Shown: positions 1 through 9,160 of the stretch, piece after piece
Layout of the letters: every line of letters starts with the position of its first letter
Numbering within the stretch: the first letter of the stretch is position 1
Assembly (NCBI GenBank): GCA_051872765.1
Contig: JBJEED010000091.1
Span: 17,878-81,877 of the forward strand
Length of the DNA stretch: 64,000 nucleotides
Reading direction: 5' to 3'
Source of the DNA: Bacilli bacterium
GTDB lineage: Bacteria; Bacillota_I; Bacilli_A; RF39; UBA660
The notes under the pieces: model-generated
The model's input: only the letters and a program-made list of their open reading frames with translations
Database searches by the model: none
Told to the model about the DNA's origin: nothing
Translations under genes and position numbers: made by a program

Positions 1-239
1 TCATATCCACCTGAATTAATTTTCAAATTTTTACATTGTGGTAATTTATCATAGTCTACTAACAATTCACTTTTATTTTCAGAATAGATTTTTTGCAAAT
101 CTTCACTTTCAGGCTTACACAGTATATTAGAAACATAATTTTTCTTAGTTTCAGTTTCTTTATTTTCTAAAGTAAAACGCTTAGTACATCCACATAACAT
201 TAACAACGCTAATGTTATTATTAATATCTTTTTTTTCAT
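1..239 (-). CDS. yidC: Membrane protein insertase YidC/OxaA, N-terminal part (runs off the window)
   Basis: Not in the ORF track. The minus strand reads MKKKILIITLALLMLCGCTKRF..., a lipoprotein-type signal. Its ATG overlaps the rnpA stop (TAATG), and it occupies the conserved rpmH-rnpA-yidC position. The call rests mainly on synteny. Confidence 0.7.
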   Translation of the reverse strand, partial: MKKKILIITLALLMLCGCTKRFTLENKETETKKNYVSNILCKPESEDLQKIYSENKSELLVDYDKLPQCKNLKINSGGY

Positions 240-559
240 TAATTTTCTCCTTTTAAACACTTAATTATTTCATTATTTATTTCTTGATAAGAAATATCTA
301 ATATTGGTTTCCTTAATATTATAACATAATCATTAGAGGAATTAAAATTATTTTTCATTAGAATATCCTTAATTCTTCTTTTATATAGATTTCTTATATT
401 AGCTTTACCAATTTTTTTACTAACACTAATGCAATATCTATTATACTTCAAATTATTGTTAACTAAATAAATAATAAAATATTTGTTAACTATTTTTTTC
501 GAGTTTTTTATTATTTTTTGAATTTCTTCATTCTTTTTGATTATATACTTTTTATTCAT
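239..559 (-). CDS. rnpA: Ribonuclease P protein component
   Basis: RYCISVSKKIGKANIRNLYKRRIK is the RnpA RNR-like motif. Start moved from the track's 598 to MNKKYII; lies downstream of rpmH. Confidence 0.93.
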   Translation of the reverse strand: MNKKYIIKKNEEIQKIIKNSKKIVNKYFIIYLVNNNLKYNRYCISVSKKIGKANIRNLYKRRIKDILMKNNFNSSNDYVIILRKPILDISYQEINNEIIKCLKGEN

Positions 560-786
560 TATAATCACATCCTTTAATATATACATTGTATATTTCACTT
601 GATGAAAATATTATATAAAAAAAATAATTTAAATTAAAGTGATTTATTTATTTTTATTAATTTATAATACTTTAAAATAAAAGAAGTAAGTTACTTATAA
701 AAGTAATCTTACTTCATATTAATAATTTGAAACTAAATATCTTTTAAGATTATTTTATCAAATTTGATTATTATAAATTTATAGAA

Positions 787-909
787 TTATTTAGACAATT
801 CTTTTCTTCCTTTTGCTCTTCTTGATTTTAATACGTTTGTACCTTTTCTAGCAAAAAATCCAGATGTTTTACTTTTTTTACGATTATTTGGTTGAAATGT
901 TCTTTTCAT
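787..909 (-). CDS. rpmH: 50S ribosomal protein L34 (40 aa)
   Basis: Not in the ORF track. Translates as [40 protein letters not shown], with a GGAGG RBS upstream. Confidence 0.96.
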   Translation of the reverse strand: MKRTFQPNNRKKSKTSGFFARKGTNVLKSRRAKGRKELSK

Positions 910-1005
910 AATTAACCTCCGTTTCTCTTTGACTGAAATAGATTATATTATAAGTTTTTTTAAAAGTCAACTTATTTAGGTTTAAAAATATGCTGTTTAA
1001 ATAAA

Positions 1006-2451
1006 TTAATATTCAATTGAATCAACTAAATCATTAATTAATTCTAAATAACTATTATAGTTTGGAATATAATTATATATATTATTAATAAACTCTTTTC
1101 CAGTTATTTTATTACCATTTTTTAATTCTACTATACAGTTTTCTGGAATATTATCAATTATATTATTATCTAAAATATATTTCTTTATAGTTATACTAGT
1201 TCCATTTTTCAAGTTAACTATTTTATTAGCATATTCATCACTTATTATATATTCTGATATTATTTTATCTTTTTGATTAGTTTCTTTTTTTTCATAGTTA
1301 TCCATAATAGATAATAAATAATCCATTATTAATTTAATTTGTCTAAATGAAAAATTCATCTTTTTATATGCAAAATATAAACTTGACGATAATAATAATA
1401 TCTTATTTATCTTATCCATACTAGGATTTAATAAATCTAAAATATCTTCAATATTTTTATAATTATTAACTAATATGTTATCGAATGTATCATAAAATAA
1501 TTTATAATATTTATCACTTGTGTCCTTTTTTATTATATTCTCATAATACTTTGCATAAGCAATATTAAAAAAATCTTCACTTTCATATCTAATTTCAATA
1601 TTATTATCTTCTTTATCAATAAAATATATCATTTCATTTTCATCATACTTTATAATAAAATCATTTCCTTGAAAACTACTTAATTCCATTACTAAATTTT
1701 CTTCAAATAAATTAAATATATCATCATTATTATATATTATAAGTATATAATTATATAAAATATTTAACATTCTTTTTTTATTTATTTTTCTTTCATTTTT
1801 ATATAAAAATTCAATATATCTTAAAAATGATTCAATATTTATATCACTTTCATTCATATATTTAGAATAATAGTGGTACAAATACTTTATATAAATATTT
1901 TTAAAAGAATATGGGGATATCTCCGTATATACTCCTATTAAATTAATTTGATATAAAAAAGGTAATGTTCGAGATTTAACTAATTTAGATATTTCTTCTG
2001 ATTTTGTAAAATAATCTATTATTTTATTTGCATCGATTACTTTAAATACTCTCATTTGAAATATAGTATTTTTAAGTTTTTTATTTAATTTTATTGAAAA
2101 ATTAATATTATTTTCAAAACAATATTTAACTAAACTATTTGCAATAAATTCATAATTATCTTCAAATACAGGAATATCTAATAAAATATTATGTTTTTTA
2201 TTTTTTTTATCATCTATATTTTCAATATAAAAATAATTGTCATATTCATTATAAATAACATAATTTTTATTGAAATCTAGTTTTAACAAATCAGTAAATA
2301 TTTTTTTAGAAATAATTGAAATATCTTTTTTATATGATCCAATTGCTATATTATAACTTAATATTTTATTAACAAATGATTCAAAATTATTATCTTTATA
2401 ATATTCGAACATTGTTTTTAAATAATTTTCAAAATTAGTTTTTAGTTCCAT
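1006..2451 (-). CDS. Hypothetical protein (481 aa) between rpmH and dnaA
   Basis: Long ORF with an AGGTG RBS; no confidently recognised domain. Confidence 0.75.
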   Translation of the reverse strand: MELKTNFENYLKTMFEYYKDNNFESFVNKILSYNIAIGSYKKDISIISKKIFTDLLKLDFNKNYVIYNEYDNYFYIENIDDKKNKKHNILLDIPVFEDNYEFIANSLVKYCFENNINFSIKLNKKLKNTIFQMRVFKVIDANKIIDYFTKSEEISKLVKSRTLPFLYQINLIGVYTEISPYSFKNIYIKYLYHYYSKYMNESDINIESFLRYIEFLYKNERKINKKRMLNILYNYILIIYNNDDIFNLFEENLVMELSSFQGNDFIIKYDENEMIYFIDKEDNNIEIRYESEDFFNIAYAKYYENIIKKDTSDKYYKLFYDTFDNILVNNYKNIEDILDLLNPSMDKINKILLLSSSLYFAYKKMNFSFRQIKLIMDYLLSIMDNYEKKETNQKDKIISEYIISDEYANKIVNLKNGTSITIKKYILDNNIIDNIPENCIVELKNGNKITGKEFINNIYNYIPNYNSYLELINDLVDSIEY

Positions 2452-2514
2452 ATTAACACCTAATTAATTTTATCATAAATTAAATGTTATGTTAATTTAT
2501 TTTTTTACACTTTA

Positions 2515-2700
2515 TGTTAACTTATTAACAATATTTCAACATTTTATGTTAACTTATCAACAAGTTATTAACATAACACTATAAAGATATGTTAAAATTT
2601 GTTAATAATGTTAGTAACTCTTTTTAGGTTAATAAATAAAAGAAAAAAATGTTTACAAATTGTTTGGAACTTGTTAATATAAATGTTAATAAATTATTTT
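2515..2700. other. oriC, upstream DnaA-box cluster (variant TTATYAACA boxes)
   Basis: TTATTAACA 2522-2530, TTATCAACA 2554-2562, TTATTAACA 2565-2573; reverse TGTTAATAA at 2600-2608 and 2684-2692; directly upstream of dnaA. Confidence 0.75.
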
Positions 2701-2703
2701 GTT

Positions 2704-2731
2704 TTGACATTAAAAAAAGATGATTTATAAT
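2704..2731 (+). promoter_or_regulatory. SigA-type promoter of dnaA
   Basis: TTGACA (2704-2709) - 16 nt - TATAAT (2726-2731). Confidence 0.65.
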
Positions 2732-2761
2732 AATTGTGTAAGTGTGAAGAAAGGAGAAATT

Positions 2762-4147
2762 ATGACTACAGAAGAGTTATGGAAAGAATTTTTATCACGG
2801 ATAAGTAAACGAGTTTCTCCAATTACATATAATTGTCTTTTTAAAGATTTAAAATTGCATTCTTATAAAAACAGTAAATTTACTATAATAGTTCCTGATA
2901 GTAATAATAATGAATTGTATATACAAAATTTAAAAGATTCTTACAACATAATAGTTGAAGATATTGCTAATGATTTAACTAACGATACTTGTGAGATAGA
3001 ATATATACTACAAAAAGATATAAAAAAATTAGATGAAGAAGAAGAAAAACAAGAAAGTAATAATGATCAAATAGAAAATATTACTAATTATAAATATAAA
3101 AGTAATTTTAATCCTAAGTACACTTTTGATACTTTTGTAGTGGGTGAATCAAATAAATTAGCATATGGAACTGCTTTATCTGTTGCACAAAATCCAGGAA
3201 AATTATATAATCCATATTTTATTTATGCTAAAAGTGGTCTTGGAAAAACACATTTAATGCATGCAATAGGTAATTACATAGTTACACATTCAGATAAGAG
3301 AGTTTTATATATAAGTTCTGAACAATTCATTAACGACTATGTTTCTATAGTAAATACTAGAAATAAAAATAATAACAATATTACTTATTTAGAGGCTTTT
3401 AGAGAAAAATATAGAAATGTTGATGTACTAATGATTGATGATATACAATTTTTAGAAAAAGCTACCAAAACACAAATTGAATTTACAAATACTTTTAATA
3501 CATTATATGATAATGAAAAACAAATTATAATTGCATCAGATACTTCTATTAATGATTATAAATATTTAGAAGATAGATTAAAAACTAGATTTGGTTGGGG
3601 GTTAACGGAATCGATAAATCCTCCGGAATTTGAATTAAAAAAGAATATAATAAGAAAAAAAGTTATGCTTAATGATTTTCCACAACTAAATGAAGATGTA
3701 GTTGAATATATTGCTAATAATTGTGGAAGTGATATTAGAAATCTTGAAAATGCAGTAATTAGATTGGTTGCTTATAGAGTAACATTAAATATTAATGAAA
3801 TTACTTTAGAGGTAGCACAAAATGCTTTAAGAGAGTATGTAGGACAAGTAATATATAGAACTAATTCTGTTTCCAAAATTATTGATGTAGTAGCTAAATA
3901 TTATGGAATAGATTCTTCTATGATTAAAGGTAAAATGAGAAATAAAAATGTTGTTACAGCTAGATCTATTGCAATATACCTTAGTTGTTTAATGACTGAT
4001 GAAAGTCAAGAAAGAATAGGATTAGAAATGGGGGGAAGAGATCACTCGACAATAATTTATTCAAGGGATAAAATTACTGAAGAATTAAAAGTTAATTTAA
4101 AATTACAAGAAGAAATAAAAATTTTAAAAGAAAAAATTTGTGAATAA
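2762..4147 (+). CDS. dnaA: Chromosomal replication initiator DnaA
   Basis: YTFDTFVVGESN, Walker A SGLGKTHL, DVLMIDDIQF, and domain IV GGRDHSTII. AAGGAG RBS before ATG 2762 (track start 2720). Confidence 0.99.
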   Translation: MTTEELWKEFLSRISKRVSPITYNCLFKDLKLHSYKNSKFTIIVPDSNNNELYIQNLKDSYNIIVEDIANDLTNDTCEIEYILQKDIKKLDEEEEKQESNNDQIENITNYKYKSNFNPKYTFDTFVVGESNKLAYGTALSVAQNPGKLYNPYFIYAKSGLGKTHLMHAIGNYIVTHSDKRVLYISSEQFINDYVSIVNTRNKNNNNITYLEAFREKYRNVDVLMIDDIQFLEKATKTQIEFTNTFNTLYDNEKQIIIASDTSINDYKYLEDRLKTRFGWGLTESINPPEFELKKNIIRKKVMLNDFPQLNEDVVEYIANNCGSDIRNLENAVIRLVAYRVTLNINEITLEVAQNALREYVGQVIYRTNSVSKIIDVVAKYYGIDSSMIKGKMRNKNVVTARSIAIYLSCLMTDESQERIGLEMGGRDHSTIIYSRDKITEELKVNLKLQEEIKILKEKICE

Positions 4148-4262
4148 ATCAACCAGTTATCAACAAACTAACAAATATAAAAAAATAGAAAACCCTGTTA
4201 ATAACTTAACATAAACTAGTTATCAACAATATCAACACTTAATAATAATATGATTTATATAA
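4148..4262. other. oriC, dnaA-dnaN intergenic part (DnaA boxes plus AT-rich/trio-like unwinding region)
   Basis: TTATCAACA 4157-4165, TGTTAATAA 4196-4204, TTATCAACA 4220-4228 and ATATCAACA 4229-4237, followed immediately by TAATAATAATA. Confidence 0.75.
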
Positions 4263-4278
4263 ATAAGGAGGTAAAATT

Positions 4279-5397
4279 ATGAAATTAATAATTGAAAAAA
4301 ATATTTTAATGGAAGGATTAAATGCAGTAAGTAGAGCTTTATCTACAAGAAATATAATACCTGTATTAAATTGTATCAAATTTGATTTACAAAATAATGG
4401 ATTATATTTAACAGCAACAGATAATGATATAACAATTCAATATTATATTGATAAAAAAGATATAAAAAGTATTGAAGAAACAGGATGTTCTATTATTTAT
4501 GGAAAAACATTATTAGAGGTTATTAGAAAATTACCTGAAACAGATATTTTAATAGAAAATTTTGAAAATAACGAAGTATCTTTTAAAACAAATAATTCTA
4601 TATATAATTTTAATTGTTATATGGTTGAAGATTATCCAAACATTTCTTTAGAAGAAGGAAAAAATCCGATAAGTATATCAAGTAATAAATTTAAGGAAAT
4701 AATTAATAAAACAACATTTGCTTGTTCATTACAAGAAAGTAACCCTGTATTAACAGGTGTAAATGTAAAAATTCAAGGAGATTTATTTGAATGTATTGCT
4801 ACAGACTCATATAGAATTTCAAAGATTAATCTAAAATTAGATGAAATGTATATTGAAAATATAAATATCGTGATTCCAGCAAAAAATATAAATGAATTTG
4901 CAAAAATTATAAATTCTGATTCAAAAATGGAAATACATGTATTTAGTAATAAAGTTATATTTAAGTTAGATAATATTATTTTTCAATCATCATTATTGAA
5001 TGGAAATTATCCACAACTTGAAAATATTTTTCCAAATGAGTTTGAATATAAAATAAAAGTAAATTTAAAAGATTTCTACAATACTTTAGATAGGGCATCA
5101 TTATTAACTGGATCTAGTAAAAAATATATTATAGATGCAGAAATTAAAGATAATTATTTGAAATTAAAAGCATCAAGTGCAGAAATGGGTAAAGTAGAAG
5201 AAAAAATTAGTATAGAAAATTTAACTAATAATAATATATACATATCATTTAGTTCAAAATATGTGCTTGAATCATTGAAGATGTTTAGTAGTGAAGATAT
5301 ATATATATTATTAAATAGTGGTGTAAAACCATTTGTGTTAAAAGAAGTTGATAATGATAATTTTATTCAACTTGTATTTCCTATTCAAACTAATTAG
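4279..5397 (+). CDS. dnaN: DNA polymerase III beta sliding clamp
   Basis: LTATDNDI, LTGV and ATDSYRI motifs; 372 aa; follows dnaA. Confidence 0.98.
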   Translation: MKLIIEKNILMEGLNAVSRALSTRNIIPVLNCIKFDLQNNGLYLTATDNDITIQYYIDKKDIKSIEETGCSIIYGKTLLEVIRKLPETDILIENFENNEVSFKTNNSIYNFNCYMVEDYPNISLEEGKNPISISSNKFKEIINKTTFACSLQESNPVLTGVNVKIQGDLFECIATDSYRISKINLKLDEMYIENINIVIPAKNINEFAKIINSDSKMEIHVFSNKVIFKLDNIIFQSSLLNGNYPQLENIFPNEFEYKIKVNLKDFYNTLDRASLLTGSSKKYIIDAEIKDNYLKLKASSAEMGKVEEKISIENLTNNNIYISFSSKYVLESLKMFSSEDIYILLNSGVKPFVLKEVDNDNFIQLVFPIQTN

Positions 5398-5421
5398 TAA
5401 TCATTTAGTAATATTTAAAAG

Positions 5422-5469
5422 AAAATGTAATAGTTTATTTAAAATAATTAATAAATTATTACATTTTTT
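5422..5469 (+). terminator. Inverted repeat / probable terminator after dnaN
   Basis: AAAATGTAATAGTTTATT ... AATAAATTATTACATTTT, ending in a T-run. Confidence 0.5.
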
Positions 5470-5505
5470 ATTGTGTAAAACAAATATATTGGAAAATTTT
5501 TCCTT

Positions 5506-5532
5506 TTCGACAAAAAATGACAAAATTCGACA
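5506..5532. promoter_or_regulatory. Tandem Spo0A boxes (0A boxes) upstream of comK
   Basis: TTCGACA (reverse complement of TGTCGAA) at 5506-5512 and 5526-5532, with a degenerate AATGACA at 5516-5522; 10-bp period. Confidence 0.6.
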
Positions 5533-5584
5533 AACGTAATATGTTAGTATAGCAATCAATTTTAAAGAAAGGGGGTATTATACA

Positions 5585-6046
5585 ATGAAATATGAAATCA
5601 ACTCAGATACTCAAGTAATCTTACCAATTAGTAAAGAGTGTACAAAGGTCATAGAACAGGGAGACGAATATATATTAAATATAGCTTGTCATGAAATATT
5701 AGAACATAGTTGTGAATATTTTGGTAGTTCATATGAAGGTAGAAAAGAAGGAACAAAGAAAATTTTAGGTATTACACATAAGGCTCCAATAATAATTGAA
5801 GAAAGTAGACAAATAATATTTTTTCCAACAACTTCACCAGATAATATTAACTGCGTATGGATTAATTTAGAAAAAATTGAAAAGTATTTTAAAACAGATA
5901 CTAGAAAATCAGCAATTATTTTTAAAGACGGAACAACATTAGAATTTAATATATCTTATGGATCTTTAACAAATCAAATAATGAGAGCAACAAGATTAAA
6001 ATATGTTTTAAATGAAAGATTAATAAAAAAAGAAGATAATAAATAA
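5585..6046 (+). CDS. comK: Competence transcription factor ComK family protein
   Basis: SCEYFGSSYEGRKEGTKKILGITHKAPII...IFFPTTSP...CVWI closely resembles the ComK core. Confidence 0.88.
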   Translation: MKYEINSDTQVILPISKECTKVIEQGDEYILNIACHEILEHSCEYFGSSYEGRKEGTKKILGITHKAPIIIEESRQIIFFPTTSPDNINCVWINLEKIEKYFKTDTRKSAIIFKDGTTLEFNISYGSLTNQIMRATRLKYVLNERLIKKEDNK

Positions 6047-6149
6047 AATTATCTTTTTTTATAAGGAAATTTGTGGTATAATCTTATTAGTGAGTAGGAG
6101 TACTATTTAAATAAAAAATTCAAAAATTGGGGGTTAAAGAGGTTTAAAA

Positions 6150-7229
6150 ATGAATATTACAAAAATTGAACTAAATAATTTTAGAAATTACAAGAAAAAA
6201 ATTTTTGATAATTTTTCAAATTTAAATATTATTATTGGTAAAAATGGTATAGGTAAAACATCTATACTTGAAGCAATTTATTTAGGTAGTTTAGCTAAGT
6301 CTTTTAAAACTACATCTGAATTGTCCATAATTAAAACAGGAACAGATTATTTTAGAATAAAAATATATTATTTTGATGATGGACAAAAAAAGAATTTAGA
6401 GTTGTATTTAGATAAAAATGGCAAAAAATCAAAAATAAATTCAAAATTACAAAATAAATTAAGTTCTTTTATTTCTCAATATAGAATAATTTTACTTTCT
6501 CCAGATGAATTAAAATTAATTAAATCATCACCTAATATTAGAAGAAATTATTTAAATATACAAATATCACAGTTACATAAAGAATATCTTTATTATTTAA
6601 ATAATTATAACGTGCTTATTAAAAATAAAAACGATTATTTGAAAAAACTATTAACTAATAGTACATTAGATACAAGATATTTAGATATATTAGATAAAAA
6701 AATAGTAGAAGAGGGAATAAAAATATATAATTATAGAAAAAAATATATAGATTCTATAAATAAATATATTAATTCAATTTTTAAAAACTATGTAAAAAAT
6801 AATGAAATTGAATTAAATTACATATCTGACTATGAAATAAATGATAAAGATAAATTATTAAAAGAACTTAAAAGAAATAGAAGAAAAGAGATTAATATTG
6901 GTATGACTTCTTTTGGTATTCATAGGGATAATTTTGAATTTATGCATAATGGAAATAATTCTAAAGAATATAGTTCTCAAGGATTACAAAAATTAATAGT
7001 TTTAGCTATGAAATTGTCTGAAATAAAAATATTTATGGATGATTATCAAATAACTCCTATTTTATTACTTGATGATTTATTTAGTGAACTTGATGAAAAA
7101 AATAGAAATAATATTTTTAAATCATTAAATAAAGATATACAAATATTTATAACAACTACAGATTTAAAAAATATTAATAAAAATATTATAAAAAAAGCCA
7201 AAATATATGATTTAAATGAGAGGGTGTGA
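6150..7229 (+). CDS. recF: DNA replication/repair protein RecF
   Basis: [26 protein letters not shown] and [11 protein letters not shown]. Confidence 0.97.
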   Translation: MNITKIELNNFRNYKKKIFDNFSNLNIIIGKNGIGKTSILEAIYLGSLAKSFKTTSELSIIKTGTDYFRIKIYYFDDGQKKNLELYLDKNGKKSKINSKLQNKLSSFISQYRIILLSPDELKLIKSSPNIRRNYLNIQISQLHKEYLYYLNNYNVLIKNKNDYLKKLLTNSTLDTRYLDILDKKIVEEGIKIYNYRKKYIDSINKYINSIFKNYVKNNEIELNYISDYEINDKDKLLKELKRNRRKEINIGMTSFGIHRDNFEFMHNGNNSKEYSSQGLQKLIVLAMKLSEIKIFMDDYQITPILLLDDLFSELDEKNRNNIFKSLNKDIQIFITTTDLKNINKNIIKKAKIYDLNERV

Positions 7230-7233
7230 TATT

Positions 7234-9153
7234 ATGAATGAAGAATATGGCGTAAAAGATATACAAGTTTTAGAAGGATTAGAGGCAGTAAGAAAAAGAC
7301 CTGGTATGTATATAGGAACTACTGATGTAAAAGGGTTACATCATTTAGTCTGGGAAATTGTAGATAATTCTATTGATGAGGCCTTAGCAGGTTATTGTAA
7401 TAATATTGAAATAGTAATAAATAAAGATAATTCTATAACAGTAAAAGATAATGGTCGTGGTATTCCAGTTGGTATACATCCTCAAACCGGTATTTCTACA
7501 GTAGAAACAGTTTATACAGTGCTACATGCTGGTGGAAAATTTGGCGGTGGAGGATATAAAGTATCTGGTGGACTTCATGGTGTTGGTGCATCTGTTGTTA
7601 ATGCATTATCAAAATGGGTAACTGTAACAGTATATAAGGATAGTAAAATATATGAAACAAAATTTGAGAATGGTGGAAAAACTGTTCAAAAATTAACAGA
7701 GATTGGTGAATGCGAAAAAAATAGAACTGGAACAATAGTAACATTTAAGCCAGATGCAGATATATTTGATACTGATATTTATGATTATGAAACATTAAAA
7801 ACTAGAACAAGAGAATTAGCTTTTTTAAATAAAGGATTAAGACTTACATTAAGAGATGACAGAGATGAAGAAGATACACAAGGTGATATTTTCCTATATG
7901 AAGGTGGAATAAGTGAATATGTAAAATTTATTAATCAAGGAAAAACTGTTCTTCATGATAACGTAATACATTTAGAAGGAGAAAAAGATGGAATTCTGTT
8001 TGAGGTAGCACTTCAATATAATTCTGGGTATAATGAAAATATTTATTCTTTTGTAAATAACATTAATACTCATGATGGAGGAACTCATGAAGACGGAGTT
8101 AAAAGAGCTTTAGTAAGAGTAATAAATTCATATGCAAGAAAAAATAATATATTAAAAGATAAAGACGAAAATTTAAGAGAAGATGATGTTAAAGAAGGAA
8201 TTACTATGATAGTTTCTTGTAAACATCCAAACCCTCAATTTGAAGGTCAAACAAAAGGTAGACTAGGTAATTCAGAAGTTAAGAATCTTGCAGATAGTGT
8301 TTTTGCAGAAGGATTTGAACAATTTTTACTAGAAAATCCAGAAAATGCTAAAATTATTATAAATAAAGCTATATTAGCTAGAAATGCTAGAATGGCTGCT
8401 AAAAAAGCAAGAGAAGCTACAAGAAAAAGTGATCTTACTACAACAAATTTTTTTGGTAAATTATCTGATTGTAAAAGTAAAGATCCAACAGTATCTGAAA
8501 TATTTATTGTCGAGGGAGATTCTGCCGGTGGTTCAGCAAAAAAAGGTAGAGATTCAATGACACAAGCAATATTACCTTTAAGAGGTAAAATATTAAATGT
8601 TGAAAAAGCGAGACTTGATAGAGCACTTGGGAATGAAGAAATTAAAACTATTATAACCGCGTTTGGAACAGGAATTGGTGAATATTTTGATTTAAGTAAA
8701 CTAAGATATGACAAAATAATAATTATGACCGATGCTGATGTTGATGGTGCTCACATTAGAGTATTATTATTAACATTATTTTATAGATTTTTTAAACCTA
8801 TAGTACAAGCAGGACATATTTATGCCGCTCAACCACCATTATTTAGAATTATGCATGGTAAGACAAGAAAATATGCACTAGATGAAAAAGAAAAAGATGA
8901 ATATTTAGCTTCATTACCTGAAAATGTTAGAGCTAGGGCTGAAATTGCACGTATGAAAGGTTTAGGTGAAATGGATGCTGAAGAATTAAATGAGACTACA
9001 ATGGATATTAATAAAAGAGTTTTACGTAAAATAACAGTGGATGATTGTGTATTAGCTGACTCAATATTTGAAAAATTAATGGGCGATGAAGTAGAACCAA
9101 GACGTGCATTTATAGAAGAAAACGCAGAATTTGTTAAAAATTTAGATATATAG
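7234..9153 (+). CDS. gyrB: DNA gyrase subunit B
   Basis: [35 protein letters not shown] and MTDADVDG. Probable start MNEEY (track start 7216). Confidence 0.99.
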   Translation: MNEEYGVKDIQVLEGLEAVRKRPGMYIGTTDVKGLHHLVWEIVDNSIDEALAGYCNNIEIVINKDNSITVKDNGRGIPVGIHPQTGISTVETVYTVLHAGGKFGGGGYKVSGGLHGVGASVVNALSKWVTVTVYKDSKIYETKFENGGKTVQKLTEIGECEKNRTGTIVTFKPDADIFDTDIYDYETLKTRTRELAFLNKGLRLTLRDDRDEEDTQGDIFLYEGGISEYVKFINQGKTVLHDNVIHLEGEKDGILFEVALQYNSGYNENIYSFVNNINTHDGGTHEDGVKRALVRVINSYARKNNILKDKDENLREDDVKEGITMIVSCKHPNPQFEGQTKGRLGNSEVKNLADSVFAEGFEQFLLENPENAKIIINKAILARNARMAAKKAREATRKSDLTTTNFFGKLSDCKSKDPTVSEIFIVEGDSAGGSAKKGRDSMTQAILPLRGKILNVEKARLDRALGNEEIKTIITAFGTGIGEYFDLSKLRYDKIIIMTDADVDGAHIRVLLLTLFYRFFKPIVQAGHIYAAQPPLFRIMHGKTRKYALDEKEKDEYLASLPENVRARAEIARMKGLGEMDAEELNETTMDINKRVLRKITVDDCVLADSIFEKLMGDEVEPRRAFIEENAEFVKNLDI

Positions 9154-9160
9154 GAGGTTT

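Noticed and set aside
683-716. Hairpin GAAGTAAG-TTACT...AGTAA-T-CTTACTTC between rpmH and rnpA
   Set aside because: Probably an ordinary terminator or processing stem; nothing supports a distinct RNA.
5348-5539. 63-aa ORF overlapping the end of dnaN
   Set aside because: Overlaps dnaN, a terminator hairpin and the 0A boxes; not YaaA-like.
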